Origin: Candidatus Peribacteria bacterium | GTDB lineage: Bacteria; Patescibacteriota; Gracilibacteria; UBA1369; UBA12463 | Assembly: GCA_943355055.1 (NCBI GenBank) | Contig: CALREA010000003.1 | Coordinates: 11,343 to 75,342 of the forward strand | Reading direction: 5' to 3' | Length of the DNA stretch: 64,000 nt | Part shown: piece after piece, positions 9,450-19,181 of the stretch | How positions within the stretch are numbered: position 1 is the first letter of the stretch | Layout of the letters: every line of letters starts with the position of its first letter | The notes under the pieces: generated by a model | What the model saw: only the letters and a program-made list of their open reading frames with translations | Database searches by the model: none | Told to the model about the DNA's origin: nothing | Translations under genes and position numbers: made by a program

Positions 9450-10655
9450 ATGATTAATACTGGTGATACCGCTTTCGTACTTATTTCTTCCGCGCTTGTC
9501 GCGATTATGACGCCCGGACTGGCTTTTTTCTATGGTGGTTTGGTGCGTCGAAAAAATGTTCTCACCATCATGATGCAGAGTTTTATTTCTATGGGCCTGG
9601 TTACGGTTTTGTGGGCGGTTTTTACTTTTTCTTTGGCCTTTGGAGCTGATCAGATAGGACTTATTGGAGGGCTTAATTATGTGATGTTGCATGGAGTTGG
9701 GATGGAACCTGTTGCCGGATATGGTGCCACTATCCCGTTTTTTGCCTTTTTCGTTTTTCAGATGATGTTTGCTATTATCACTCCTGCGTTGATTACCGGC
9801 GCTTTTACCGAGCGAATGAATTTCAAAAGTTATTTGGTTTTCCTTACCCTCTGGAGTATTTTTATTTACGCGCCTCTCGCTCATGCCGTGTGGGGCGGGG
9901 GAATTATTTCGAAATTAGGGGCGATTGATTTTGCGGGTGGAACAGTGGTCCATATCAGTGCGGGTATGGCGGCGCTCGCCTCGGTGTTTGTTCTCGGTAA
10001 GCGTAAAAATGCCAGCCATCTCCCTCATAATATTCCCTATGTAGCCCTGGGTACCGGTCTTCTTTGGTTTGGTTGGTATGGATTCAATGCAGGAAGCGCG
10101 CTGGCCGCAAACGGGCAGGCTGCCGCGGCGTTTGCCAATACTGACATTGCGGCTTCGTCAGGGATGATTACATGGCTTTTTCTCTCATGGATTGTGGATA
10201 AACGGCCAAGCATGGTCGGCGCTCTCACCGGCGTGCTTGCGGGACTGGTAGCTATTACCCCTGCGGCAGGATATGTGGAGTTGTGGGCCGCGCTTCTCAT
10301 CGGCATTATCGCAGCAATCGTATGTTTCTATGCCGTGAAATTTCGCATGCGTATGGGATGGGATGACGCTTTGGATGTTTGGGGATGCCATGGTGTGGGT
10401 GGAATAGTCGGGTCGATTCTTACCGGCGTGTTTGCCGCTAAGAGTATTGGTGGATTTTCAGGGCTTATCGAGGGCAATAGTGCTCAGTTTGTTTCGAATC
10501 TATACGGAACGATTATTTCAGCAGCTTTTGCTTTTGTAGGGACCTATGTTCTTCTCCGGGCAATTAAGCTCTTTATGAAGATTGACCCGGTCGTGAAAGA
10601 AGAGCAAGAGAGCCTCGATCGAGCTTTGCACGGGGAGGAGGCGTATGATTTTTAA
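9450..10655 (+). CDS. amt: ammonium transporter (Amt family)
   Basis: GDTAFVLISSALVAIMTPGLAFFYGGL, DFAGGTVVHISAGMAAL, GWYGFNAGS and DDALDVWGCHGVGG. Confidence 0.95.
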   Translation: MINTGDTAFVLISSALVAIMTPGLAFFYGGLVRRKNVLTIMMQSFISMGLVTVLWAVFTFSLAFGADQIGLIGGLNYVMLHGVGMEPVAGYGATIPFFAFFVFQMMFAIITPALITGAFTERMNFKSYLVFLTLWSIFIYAPLAHAVWGGGIISKLGAIDFAGGTVVHISAGMAALASVFVLGKRKNASHLPHNIPYVALGTGLLWFGWYGFNAGSALAANGQAAAAFANTDIAASSGMITWLFLSWIVDKRPSMVGALTGVLAGLVAITPAAGYVELWAALLIGIIAAIVCFYAVKFRMRMGWDDALDVWGCHGVGGIVGSILTGVFAAKSIGGFSGLIEGNSAQFVSNLYGTIISAAFAFVGTYVLLRAIKLFMKIDPVVKEEQESLDRALHGEEAYDF

Positions 10656-10694
10656 GTGATTATCAAAACAAGATCTTGCACTCTTCACAACTTT

Positions 10695-10713
10695 AGGTTA
10701 TATTTTATAACCT
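10695..10713 (+). terminator. AT-rich perfect hairpin AGGTTATA-TTT-TATAACCT after amt (terminator or operator)
   Basis: Perfect 8-bp inverted repeat with a 3-nt loop, followed by ATTTTGTG. It lies 40 nt after the amt stop and 19 nt before the next ATG. Confidence 0.35.
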
Positions 10714-10731
10714 ATTTTGTGATTCTATCCT

Positions 10732-11061
10732 ATGAGTATTGAAAACCCCGTTTCGTCTAATGAAGCTGATGGATACTACGGTATTAGCGTTCGACTTGCT
10801 CCGGCAATTCTCGAGGCGTTACGAACAGATCCTTCTCTCACCGATTTTGAAGCATTAGATGCACGTTTCGATAAGGCGCTTTTTCGTTTTGATCCGTCTA
10901 GCTCAAGAGAGGTGGAAAATCTTGCCGCCTATTTCCCTGGAGCGAGTGTTATTCTCATTGTGCGAGGAAAAGTTGAAAGCGTACTTTCCATGAGTGAGTA
11001 TACGAATATGGTTCGCGTCGTTCCTCCTTCGGACAGTTCCGATGATCCGGTTGGCTGTTAG
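10732..11061 (+). CDS. hypothetical protein (109 aa)
   Basis: ORF with balanced composition between amt and purE. No motif is recognised. Confidence 0.45.
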   Translation: MSIENPVSSNEADGYYGISVRLAPAILEALRTDPSLTDFEALDARFDKALFRFDPSSSREVENLAAYFPGASVILIVRGKVESVLSMSEYTNMVRVVPPSDSSDDPVGC

Positions 11062-11137
11062 TTTCTTGATAGGTTTGCGAGCTTGTGGCATGCTAGTGGT
11101 GATTACGAATCGTTTCATTCCCTAACATCTCAACTCC

Positions 11138-11584
11138 ATGATAGTTCCCATTCTTCTCGGTTCAGCATCTGACAAGGATTTTGCTCAAAAGATTGTCGAT
11201 GAACTAAATGTTTTTGAAATTCCTTCTGAGGTAATTGTTGCCTCCGCACACAAGGTTCCCGAAATGGTAATTGAAATTATTGAGCGATTCAATAGGGAAT
11301 CAGAAGTTGTATATGTCACTCTCGCCGGTATGAGTAATGGATTGTCGGGTGTTACCGCAGGGTCATCGTACCATCCGGTGATTGCCTGCCCTCCTCATAA
11401 AGACTTGGCTGAATATCAAGTTGATATTCATTCATCGCTCCGAATGCCGAAAGATACTCCTGTTTTGACGGTACTTTCTCCGGGAAATGTTGCCCTTTGC
11501 ATTGCGCGTATGTTTGCTATGAATCACCCAGAACTTCGCGAAAAAATAGTAGCTCGAGTGAAGAGCGTGAAAGCTTCTTTTTAA
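11138..11584 (+). CDS. purE: PurE-family AIR carboxylase / N5-CAIR mutase
   Basis: LLGSASD..(x)..VASAHKVPE and AGMSNGLSGVTAG, typical of PurE. Confidence 0.85.
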   Translation: MIVPILLGSASDKDFAQKIVDELNVFEIPSEVIVASAHKVPEMVIEIIERFNRESEVVYVTLAGMSNGLSGVTAGSSYHPVIACPPHKDLAEYQVDIHSSLRMPKDTPVLTVLSPGNVALCIARMFAMNHPELREKIVARVKSVKASF

Positions 11585-11606
11585 TTTTATTTTAATCTTA
11601 TTGACT

Positions 11607-12962
11607 ATGTCTCAACTTACCGCACTTTCGCCTCTCGACGGTCGCTATGGTGACAAAGTTTCCGAGCTGAGTGATTATTTTTCTGAATTGGCACTGCAGG
11701 AATATCGAGTAAAAGTGGAGGTGGAGTGGTTGATTTTTATTTGTAATCAGCTGAAATTGGCTGGTTCAAAGAAATTAAGCGCGACGCAGATGAAGACATT
11801 GCGAGGTTTTTATGGAAATTTTACCGAGAAAGATGGGCAACTCATTAAGGATATAGAGAGAACGACAAATCATGATGTGAAAGCGGTGGAGTATTTTTTA
11901 CGTAAAAAACTAGAAAGCGGGAACCTAAACGGCTATGTGACGTTTGTGCATTTCGCCTGTACGAGCGAGGATATCAATAATCTCTCGTACGCGATGATGA
12001 TCCGCGACGCGGTGAAGGGTCCGATGACAACGATTTATCAAGAACTCGTTGGAACATTAGAAGCATTTGCCCATGAGTACAAGACGGTGCCGATGCTTGG
12101 ACATACGCACGGACAGCCCGCTACGCCGACGACGGTTGGCAAAGAGGTTTTGAATGTAATTGCCCGACTCGAGCGCCAGGCGGATATTCTCGACGATTCG
12201 ATCGTGTTTTTGGGAAAGATCAATGGAGCTGTTGGAAACTATAATGCGCATGTGGTGGCGTATCCTGAAATTGATTGGATCAAGGCCGCTCAGAAGTTCA
12301 TTTCCGGACTCGGTCTGACCCCAAATATGTACACGACCCAGATTGAACCGCATGATTGGAATGCCGAGCTTTTTGATTTGGTTCGACGCGTGAATGTCAT
12401 TTTGACCGACTTTTCTCGTGATATGTGGATGTATATTGGAATGGGATATTTCAAACAACGGCTTAAAAAAGGAGAGGTAGGTTCGTCAACGATGCCACAC
12501 AAGGTAAACCCAATTGATTTCGAGAATGCCGAGGGAAATTTTGGCTTGGCTAATGCGCTTTTTGGACACTTCTCCGAGAAGTTACCTATCTCCCGCATGC
12601 AAAGAGACCTCACTGATTCGACGGTGATGCGAAATGTGGGCGTGGCTTTTGGATATATGCTTCTTGGATTTATGAGTTTAGTGAAAGGTATGGGAAAAGT
12701 TGAGGTAAATAAAGAATTGTTGGCTGCCGACCTGGATTCTCATTGGGAGATTCTTGGTGAGCCGGTTCAGACGGTATTGAGAAAATATGGCGTGAAGAAT
12801 GCCTATGAGTTATTGAAAGATATGACTCGAGGGAAAGATTTTTCACAAAAGGATTATGTGAAATTTGTTGGAAGCTTGCCAATTTCCCCGAAAGAAAAGT
12901 TGAAATTGGAAAAGTTAACTCCGGCGACGTATGCAGGACTAGCGGTAAAATTGGTTGGATAG
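11607..12962 (+). CDS. purB: adenylosuccinate lyase
   Basis: LSPLDGRY N-terminus, HFACTSEDINN, GHTHGQPATPTT and the fumarate-lyase signature GSSTMPHKVNP. The ATG at 11607 is preferred over the TTG at 11601. Confidence 0.95.
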   Translation: MSQLTALSPLDGRYGDKVSELSDYFSELALQEYRVKVEVEWLIFICNQLKLAGSKKLSATQMKTLRGFYGNFTEKDGQLIKDIERTTNHDVKAVEYFLRKKLESGNLNGYVTFVHFACTSEDINNLSYAMMIRDAVKGPMTTIYQELVGTLEAFAHEYKTVPMLGHTHGQPATPTTVGKEVLNVIARLERQADILDDSIVFLGKINGAVGNYNAHVVAYPEIDWIKAAQKFISGLGLTPNMYTTQIEPHDWNAELFDLVRRVNVILTDFSRDMWMYIGMGYFKQRLKKGEVGSSTMPHKVNPIDFENAEGNFGLANALFGHFSEKLPISRMQRDLTDSTVMRNVGVAFGYMLLGFMSLVKGMGKVEVNKELLAADLDSHWEILGEPVQTVLRKYGVKNAYELLKDMTRGKDFSQKDYVKFVGSLPISPKEKLKLEKLTPATYAGLAVKLVG

Positions 12963-13012
12963 ATTGCTTGTGTGCGCTAGGCTTAACCCTTGTATTCATT
13001 ACATTATACACT

Positions 13013-13735
13013 ATGGCAGATTTTGGTACTCGGTCATATTTGGAGTCTTTTGAAGAGGAATTTCACGGGAAGCCTCTTGGTTCTGATTCTCAGCTTTGGG
13101 AGATGAACATAATGACGTGTCCTTCTTTGTTCCGGGGTGATGTTGGTACCTTTAATAAGGCACGGCAAGATCATCCTGATTGGATACCATTGATGTATCG
13201 ATGGAATTTTCGTGGTGATGAGAAAAATCCGCTTGATCTGCGAGGTGCTGATTTGCGCAATGTTGACTTGCGGGGTGCGAAATTTTCCCATGTAAATTTG
13301 GCGGGTGTCTCGTTTGTCGGGTCTTTGATGCGAACTGTGGAATTTGAATTTTGTGATTTGCAAGGTACGGACTTTTCCGGAATGGATTTTGAATACGGAG
13401 AATTTCATTGGTGTAATATGGCCGGGGCTCAACTTCCGGGAATTTCGGCTCCTACTGCGAGTTTTTACGATTCAAATCTTACTGGTGCAAACTTGCGCGA
13501 TGCGGATTTGCACTTGATTATGCGATTTTGGAATCTTAATCTCACCCGTGCCGATCTGCGTGGTGCAAATTTAAGGTCAGATAGTTTTCGGAATAACGAG
13601 ATCGAAGGTGTTCAGGTCGATGCAGGGCAAGCGCTTGCTATTTTTCAAAGACAATTTCATGAACTTGAAAGACAACTTAAAGTCATTTCCCGTCAGCTCC
13701 AGGGGGTTTTGAAACAAGATGTTGCATCTGTTTGA
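13013..13735 (+). CDS. pentapeptide-repeat protein
   Basis: Tandem A(D/N)LXX-type repeats: LRGADLRNVDLRGAKFSHVNLAGVSF ... LTGANLRDADL ... LTRADLRGANL. The ATG at 13013 (MADFG) is preferred over the upstream GTG. Confidence 0.8.
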   Translation: MADFGTRSYLESFEEEFHGKPLGSDSQLWEMNIMTCPSLFRGDVGTFNKARQDHPDWIPLMYRWNFRGDEKNPLDLRGADLRNVDLRGAKFSHVNLAGVSFVGSLMRTVEFEFCDLQGTDFSGMDFEYGEFHWCNMAGAQLPGISAPTASFYDSNLTGANLRDADLHLIMRFWNLNLTRADLRGANLRSDSFRNNEIEGVQVDAGQALAIFQRQFHELERQLKVISRQLQGVLKQDVASV

Positions 13736-13784
13736 TATAGAGTAACTTTGGTTGACTTATTCCATTTTTATATTTTATACGAGT

Positions 13785-13806
13785 AATTTCCCCGGGGAAA
13801 TTTTTA
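13785..13806 (+). terminator. rho-independent terminator-like palindrome AATTTCCCCGGGGAAATT followed by a T-run
   Basis: Perfect 18-bp palindrome at 13785-13802 running into TTTTT, 50 nt after the pentapeptide-gene stop. Confidence 0.5.
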
Positions 13807-13956
13807 GCTTTAAAAAGGCTATTTTTTTAGCTTTTGTATTATTTTACCATATTATTTCCAAAGTGAATTTTTGAGTAGAGGTATATTCTATGTTTTTTTC
13901 TTGCCGTATGGACGATTCTCCTGCAAGAATGCATCTGACATTAATTTCCAAATTCT

Positions 13957-14559
13957 ATGATTCTCTCCGACCGCGATATTTATGCACGTATTCAGAAGGG
14001 TGATATTCAGGTAACGTGTCCTGAAAATGATTTTCTCAAAAATGTGCATGCCTCATCCATGGATATGCGACTTGGCAGATTTTTCAAGATTTATAATCAC
14101 AATACATTTGCGATTCTCGATCCTATGAAACCGGAGTGTTTCGATGATGCGACGCGATTGGTTGAGTTGCCGGAGGATGGCAGGACACCGTTTATTGTCC
14201 AGCCGGGGGAGTTTGTCCTTGGGGTTACGTTGGAGAAGATTAAGATTGCCGATGATCTTGTCGCTCGTGTAGAGGGACGAAGTTCATTGGGAAGGTTGGG
14301 AATTATTATTCACTCGACGGCTGGATTTGTCGATGCGGGTTTCGAAGGAACGATTACGTTAGAAATTACGAATATTAATCGTATGCCCGTTGCGCTCTAT
14401 CCAGGTATGCGTGTTTGTCAGCTCGCTTTTGAACTCATGAGTTCACCTGCCGACGTCCCATATCACAAAAAAGCTCACTCTAAATATCAGGGTCAGGTTC
14501 TTCCCGAAGAAAGCCGTATCCATTCAGATCCGGAGTTCGTGAGGTTGCGTGCCGCCTAA
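13957..14559 (+). CDS. dcd: dCTP deaminase
   Basis: MILSDRDI start, SSMDMRLG, VEGRSSLGRLGIIIHSTAGFVDAGFEG. Confidence 0.93.
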   Translation: MILSDRDIYARIQKGDIQVTCPENDFLKNVHASSMDMRLGRFFKIYNHNTFAILDPMKPECFDDATRLVELPEDGRTPFIVQPGEFVLGVTLEKIKIADDLVARVEGRSSLGRLGIIIHSTAGFVDAGFEGTITLEITNINRMPVALYPGMRVCQLAFELMSSPADVPYHKKAHSKYQGQVLPEESRIHSDPEFVRLRAA

Positions 14560-14569
14560 TACCCTTGCT

Positions 14570-15121
14570 TCAGAACGAATCGTTTTCAATAATACGTGGC
14601 CGAAATCCGCTCGGCTGGTTTGTTGTTCTGGTATGTATTGTTTTCATTGCCTCCTCTAAGCCTTTTTTGGTATTTTCAGGAATATCTTTCAACCATTCCT
14701 GCAGTTCGAGTAGCTCTCGTCTTCTCTGGGCACGTCCTTCAGGAGTTTTTATGATGTCCTCGTGGAGTATTCCGTGCGTGGGGTGTGTTTCTTGTTCCGG
14801 TAAAATTGATTCACCAATGAATGCTATTGGGCGAAGAGTGTGTGTTCCTATATTCCTTGATCCGTCAGCACGTCGAATGAAATCGGTGTTCATTGTACCT
14901 TCTTCGCGAAGCGCACGTTGCACTGCTTCTGCATTTTCTCGTCGAGTTTTTTCGAATTCCGTCTCGGGTTTATTGTTTTTTTGATCTTTGCCGCCCTGTA
15001 TGATTTCTAATTTTTGAGTTTTTCGGGCAAGGGGCAATCGTATTATTACGGCTCCTTTTGAAGATCCATCACATTCTTCTTCGTGCGTAAAATCATTGGT
15101 GTTCGCAGCTTGTAGACTCAT
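14570..15121 (-). CDS. hypothetical protein (183 aa, charged/hydrophilic)
   Basis: Protein-like composition, unlike the Ser/Cys-rich antisense ORF at 14565..14984. Divergent from ileS. No motif is recognised. Confidence 0.5.
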   Translation of the reverse strand: MSLQAANTNDFTHEEECDGSSKGAVIIRLPLARKTQKLEIIQGGKDQKNNKPETEFEKTRRENAEAVQRALREEGTMNTDFIRRADGSRNIGTHTLRPIAFIGESILPEQETHPTHGILHEDIIKTPEGRAQRRRELLELQEWLKDIPENTKKGLEEAMKTIHTRTTNQPSGFRPRIIENDSF

Positions 15122-15205
15122 ATACGTAGTGTATTATATTTTGCTTGCGTATTTTACCTAAGTTTTATTATCTGTCAATAGCCACTTTTATTAGTATGTT
15201 TCTTG

Positions 15206-15234
15206 TTGAGAAACAGCTTCAAAGGCAGTATACT
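15206..15234 (+). promoter_or_regulatory. candidate sigma70-type promoter of ileS (-35 TTGAGA, 17-nt spacer, -10 TATACT)
   Basis: The hexamers were read directly. The -10 ends 20 nt upstream of the ileS start codon at 15255. Confidence 0.35.
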
Positions 15235-15254
15235 CGACGGGCTATTTTAGAAAT

Positions 15255-18200
15255 TTGTCTATGTTTGAATCTGTTAACCCGAAGCAGTCCTTCCCTGATT
15301 TAGAGCACGAGATGCTCGGTTTCTGGAAGAAAAATAATACGTTCGAGAAGTCCGTTTTAGCCCGAAAGGGGAGGAAGAAGTATGTGTTTTTTGATGGTCC
15401 TCCTTTTGCCAATGGTCTACCGCACTATGGTCATATTTTGGCGAGTTCGCTGAAGGATGCCGTGACGAGATATTGGACGATGAAGGGATATTACGTGCCG
15501 CGTGAGAATGGCTGGGACTGTCATGGTCTCCCGGTGGAGTATGAAATCGAGAAAGAGTTGAAGCTTACCGGCCGTAAACAGATTGTTGAGATGGGCGTGG
15601 AGAAGTTTAATAATGCCTGTAGAGAGAGCGTGTTTCGATATACCAAAGAGTGGGAGAAGTTGATTGTACGGCTGGGTCGCTGGGTTGATTTTGAAAATGG
15701 ATACGCGACACTGGATAATTCCTATATGGAATCGATCTGGTGGGTTTTCAAGAAAATCTGGGATCGAAAGATGGTCTACAAGAGCTATAAGCCTATGCAT
15801 ATCTGTCCTCGATGCGAGACGCCATTGTCGAACTTTGAGGTGACACAGGGGTACAAGGATGTTACGGATTTGTCCGTGACGGCTACGTTTCCCGTCAAGG
15901 AGGGTGTTTACGAAGGATGCGAAGTTTTGGCTTGGACTACCACTCCATGGACGCTTCCTGGAAATATGTTTCTTGCAGTGAATCCGGATATTGAGTACGT
16001 CGTCGTGCGAAGTGCTATGGGCGGTGAGGATAAAAAATATATTCTTGCGAAGTCTCGTTTGGGTCATGTATTCAAAGAATCTCCCTATGAAATTGAAGAA
16101 GAAGTTGATTTGGAAAAGCTTCTGGGATGTCATTACGAACCATTATTTTCTTATTTCAAAAATTCTAAGGAGGATATATATCGTTTAGTTGCTGCCGATT
16201 TTGTGACAACCGAAGATGGTGCCGGTGTCGTGCACATCGCGCCTGCGTATGGTGAAGATGATATGAATGTTGGTGTTCGGGAGAAGGTGACATTGATCCA
16301 GCATGTGAAGATGGATGGCATGTTTATTCCTGAAGTTACGGATTTTTCGGGGAAATTTGCGAAGGGTCAGGATGTGAATGTGAAGGATTTTTTGGCTAAA
16401 GCAGGCCGCGTATTCTCATTTGAAAATATTCGACATAGCTATCCGCACTGCTGGAGATGCGATACGCCACTTTTGAATTTTGTGACGGATTCATGGTTCA
16501 TCCGCGTGACGGATATCAAGGAGCATATGACTCGAAACAATAAAAAAATTCACTGGCAGCCGGAACATATTCAGGAGGGAAGATTTGGTAAATGGCTGGA
16601 AGGCGCACGTGATTGGGCCATTTCTCGAAATCGATTCTGGGGCTGTCCGATACCAATTTGGGAGTGTGCTTGCGGAGAGACTGTTTGCATTGCCTCGATT
16701 GATGATTTGAAAAAAGTTTCCGGTGGTGTGGCACCGATGCGCGGTGATCAATTAGATTTGCATAAACCGTATATCGATGAGATTCATTTCCCATGTTCGA
16801 AATGTGGCAAGCAGATGAGCCGAATTCCGGATGTATTGGACTGCTGGTTCGAGAGTGGAGCGATGCCGTATGCGCAGTTGCATTATCCTTTTGAAAAGAA
16901 AAAAGAATTTGAAGATAATTTCCCAGCTGATTTTATCGCAGAGGGATTGGATCAAACACGTGGATGGTTTTACACACTGCATGTTATTTCTACGATTTTG
17001 TGGAACAAGCCGGCGTTTAAGAATGTTATTGTGAACGGAATTTTGTTGGCCGCGGATGGTGAGAAGTTATCCAAACGCAAGAAAAATTATCCCGATCCGA
17101 ACATGTTGTTTGATACTCGAGGGGTAGACTCAATGCGTATGTTTTTGTACACCTCTCCGGCTACCTTGGGTGATGATGTTCGGTTCTCTGAGCGGCATGT
17201 GGACGAGATCGTGAAGTCATTTACGCTGACGGTTTGGAATGTGTATTCGTTTTTCATGACGTATGCGTCTATTGATAAGTGGGTACCGGAGTTTACCGGA
17301 AAAAAGATGGAAAAGTTTCGCCCGGAACATACATTGGATCAATGGATTTTGTCTGAACTAAATACGCTCATTGCGTCGACTACGGACGCGATGGATAATT
17401 ATAATTTCATGGAAGCGACACGTCCGATGATTACGTTTGCGGATGATCTTTCGAATTGGTATGTACGCCGAAGTCGTAGACGTTTCTGGAAATCGGAGTC
17501 GGATGCTGACAAGCAGAGTGCGTATCAGACGTTGTATATTGTTCTCTATAGACTGTCGCAGCTGATGGCTCCGTATATGCCGTTCCTGTCGGAGTATATG
17601 TATCAGGGGCTTACGAAAGGAATTGCTGGCGAAAGCGAGTCGGTACATTTAACGGATTGGCCGGAAGCGGTGAAGAAACTTACCAAACCGCTCCTGAATA
17701 CGGAAATGCATATCGTTCGACAAATCGTGAATCTGGGACATAGTGCTCGTGCGAATGCCGGAATCAAGGTTCGTCAGCCACTCGCATGCGTAAGTATTGC
17801 TACGCCCGACGAGGTGAGTGTGGATGTGATTGAGAAGTATCGAGATATTATTCTTGAAGAATTGAACGTGAAGCAGATCGAATATATTCGAGAGCTCGGA
17901 GATCGAGTGAAGATTAAATATACTCCAAAATCGAAACTTCTTGGTCCTAAGTTTGGCAAGGATGTTCAGAATATTATCCGCATGGTAAAAGAGGGGAAGA
18001 TTCAGCCTATTTCTGGCGGTAGGTATCAGGTTGGGGATTTTGTGTTGAATGCGGAGGACGTTGAGGTTGGATATGAGGCTGCGGACGTCCTCCAAGAGAC
18101 AGGTCTGGTGACCCGCGCAGGTGTTGCGAGCGAGAATGGGTATACCTTATTGCTTGATACCCATATTACTGAGACGTTGGTTCGGGAGGGAATTGCTCGC

Positions 18201-18449
18201 GAGGTGGTGCGATTTGTTCAAGATATGCGCAAGGAGGCTGCTTATGATGTGAGCGATAGAATTCTATTGGTTGTTGAATCCGAACATGCTGAGATTCAGG
18301 CCGCCGTCATGGCTTTTGCTGATTATATCCGAAAGGAAACGCTTGCCGAAGAGTTACAGCAAGGCGGGTCTTTCGACGCCGATCTGAAGAAAGTTCTCGA
18401 ATTGGACACATATGTGATTACGGTTGCGGTAGTGAAGGTTTCAAAATAA
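15255..18449 (+). CDS. ileS: isoleucyl-tRNA synthetase
   Basis: PPFANGLPHYGH (HIGH), KLSKRK (KMSKS) and the editing-domain WTTTPWTLPGN. Length is 1064 aa. Confidence 0.97.
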   Translation: MSMFESVNPKQSFPDLEHEMLGFWKKNNTFEKSVLARKGRKKYVFFDGPPFANGLPHYGHILASSLKDAVTRYWTMKGYYVPRENGWDCHGLPVEYEIEKELKLTGRKQIVEMGVEKFNNACRESVFRYTKEWEKLIVRLGRWVDFENGYATLDNSYMESIWWVFKKIWDRKMVYKSYKPMHICPRCETPLSNFEVTQGYKDVTDLSVTATFPVKEGVYEGCEVLAWTTTPWTLPGNMFLAVNPDIEYVVVRSAMGGEDKKYILAKSRLGHVFKESPYEIEEEVDLEKLLGCHYEPLFSYFKNSKEDIYRLVAADFVTTEDGAGVVHIAPAYGEDDMNVGVREKVTLIQHVKMDGMFIPEVTDFSGKFAKGQDVNVKDFLAKAGRVFSFENIRHSYPHCWRCDTPLLNFVTDSWFIRVTDIKEHMTRNNKKIHWQPEHIQEGRFGKWLEGARDWAISRNRFWGCPIPIWECACGETVCIASIDDLKKVSGGVAPMRGDQLDLHKPYIDEIHFPCSKCGKQMSRIPDVLDCWFESGAMPYAQLHYPFEKKKEFEDNFPADFIAEGLDQTRGWFYTLHVISTILWNKPAFKNVIVNGILLAADGEKLSKRKKNYPDPNMLFDTRGVDSMRMFLYTSPATLGDDVRFSERHVDEIVKSFTLTVWNVYSFFMTYASIDKWVPEFTGKKMEKFRPEHTLDQWILSELNTLIASTTDAMDNYNFMEATRPMITFADDLSNWYVRRSRRRFWKSESDADKQSAYQTLYIVLYRLSQLMAPYMPFLSEYMYQGLTKGIAGESESVHLTDWPEAVKKLTKPLLNTEMHIVRQIVNLGHSARANAGIKVRQPLACVSIATPDEVSVDVIEKYRDIILEELNVKQIEYIRELGDRVKIKYTPKSKLLGPKFGKDVQNIIRMVKEGKIQPISGGRYQVGDFVLNAEDVEVGYEAADVLQETGLVTRAGVASENGYTLLLDTHITETLVREGIAREVVRFVQDMRKEAAYDVSDRILLVVESEHAEIQAAVMAFADYIRKETLAEELQQGGSFDADLKKVLELDTYVITVAVVKVSK

Positions 18450-18475
18450 TCGGTTTAAAGTAATTCGTCATTTTT

Positions 18476-18483
18476 CCCCCCCC
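18476..18483 (+). repeat. C8 homopolymer flanked by T5 and T4 (TTTTTCCCCCCCCTTTT)
   Basis: Read directly in the 56-nt ileS / holin-like intergenic region. Confidence 0.95.
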
Positions 18484-18505
18484 TTTTACTCACTTATCCT
18501 TCTCT

Positions 18506-18877
18506 ATGTTCCGATCTCTCCTCATTCGCTTCGTATTGAATGCCGGTACTCTCTACTTGCTGACATATCTGCTTCCTTCGGATATTACCTATACCGGCGG
18601 AGTAAAGTTTTTCGCGGTGGCCGGCCTCTTCATGACCGTCATCAATCTTGTTATCAAGCCAATCCTGAAGATTCTTGCCTTGCCCTTTATGATTTTGACG
18701 GCCGGCCTGTTCATGATTTTTATTAACGCTTTTTTGCTTTGGTTCCTAAAATACGCCCTTGACATCGTCAGGTTCCAGGATGTTTCACTTGTTATTCACT
18801 CCAAAGGAGGATATCTTATGGCGGGTTTTCTTTTTGGACTGTTGAATTGGACTTTGAATGCGGTTTTCCGAAAATAG
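18506..18877 (+). CDS. DUF360 / phage-holin-4-like four-TM membrane protein
   Basis: The pattern LIRFVLNAGTLYLLTYLLP...FFAVAGLFMTVINLVIKPILKILALPFMILTAGLFMIFINAFLLW matches my recollection of the YvlD/DUF360 family. Confidence 0.65.
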   Translation: MFRSLLIRFVLNAGTLYLLTYLLPSDITYTGGVKFFAVAGLFMTVINLVIKPILKILALPFMILTAGLFMIFINAFLLWFLKYALDIVRFQDVSLVIHSKGGYLMAGFLFGLLNWTLNAVFRK

Positions 18878-18892
18878 AAGTCCCTAGTTCTC

Positions 18893-19144
18893 ATGTTTTC
18901 TACTCATCTCTCTAATTTTCTCATTATGCATACATTTCTCAGTATATTCCAGATTGCCGTTTCCATCCTTCTCATTCTTCTCATCCTGACTCAGGAGCGA
19001 GGAACAGGTCTCAGTATGACGTTCGGAGGAATTGGTCACGTGTATCATAGCAAGCGTGGCGCGGAAAAGGTTATTGCCATTGCGACCGTTGTGCTGGCCA
19101 TCCTCTATGTTGGCTGCTCGATTGCTTTTCTTTTTGTAAAATAA
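18893..19144 (+). CDS. secG: preprotein translocase subunit SecG (start may be the internal ATG at 18926)
   Basis: Two TM helices flank ILTQERGTGLSMTFGG, a SecG-like Q-x-G-x-G...FGG loop. Confidence 0.6.
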   Translation: MFSTHLSNFLIMHTFLSIFQIAVSILLILLILTQERGTGLSMTFGGIGHVYHSKRGAEKVIAIATVVLAILYVGCSIAFLFVK

Positions 19145-19181
19145 TTAGTTTCGACGTTCTTACCTTTTTACCTCACGAGCC

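Noticed and set aside
14565-14984. 139-aa plus-strand ORF overlapping the 14570..15121 minus-strand ORF
   Set aside because: Its Ser/Cys/Phe-rich composition is not protein-like, whereas the minus-strand frame gives a balanced, charged protein. Neither has a recognisable motif, so the choice is only moderately confident.
15122-15254. Possible T-box leader upstream of ileS (and likewise 51272-51433 upstream of tyrS)
   Set aside because: Both regions are under 165 nt. I could not find a specifier-loop/T-box (AGAGA ... GGUGGUACC-type) arrangement. Only a short hairpin (GTTTCT/AGAAAC) and a promoter-like element are present.
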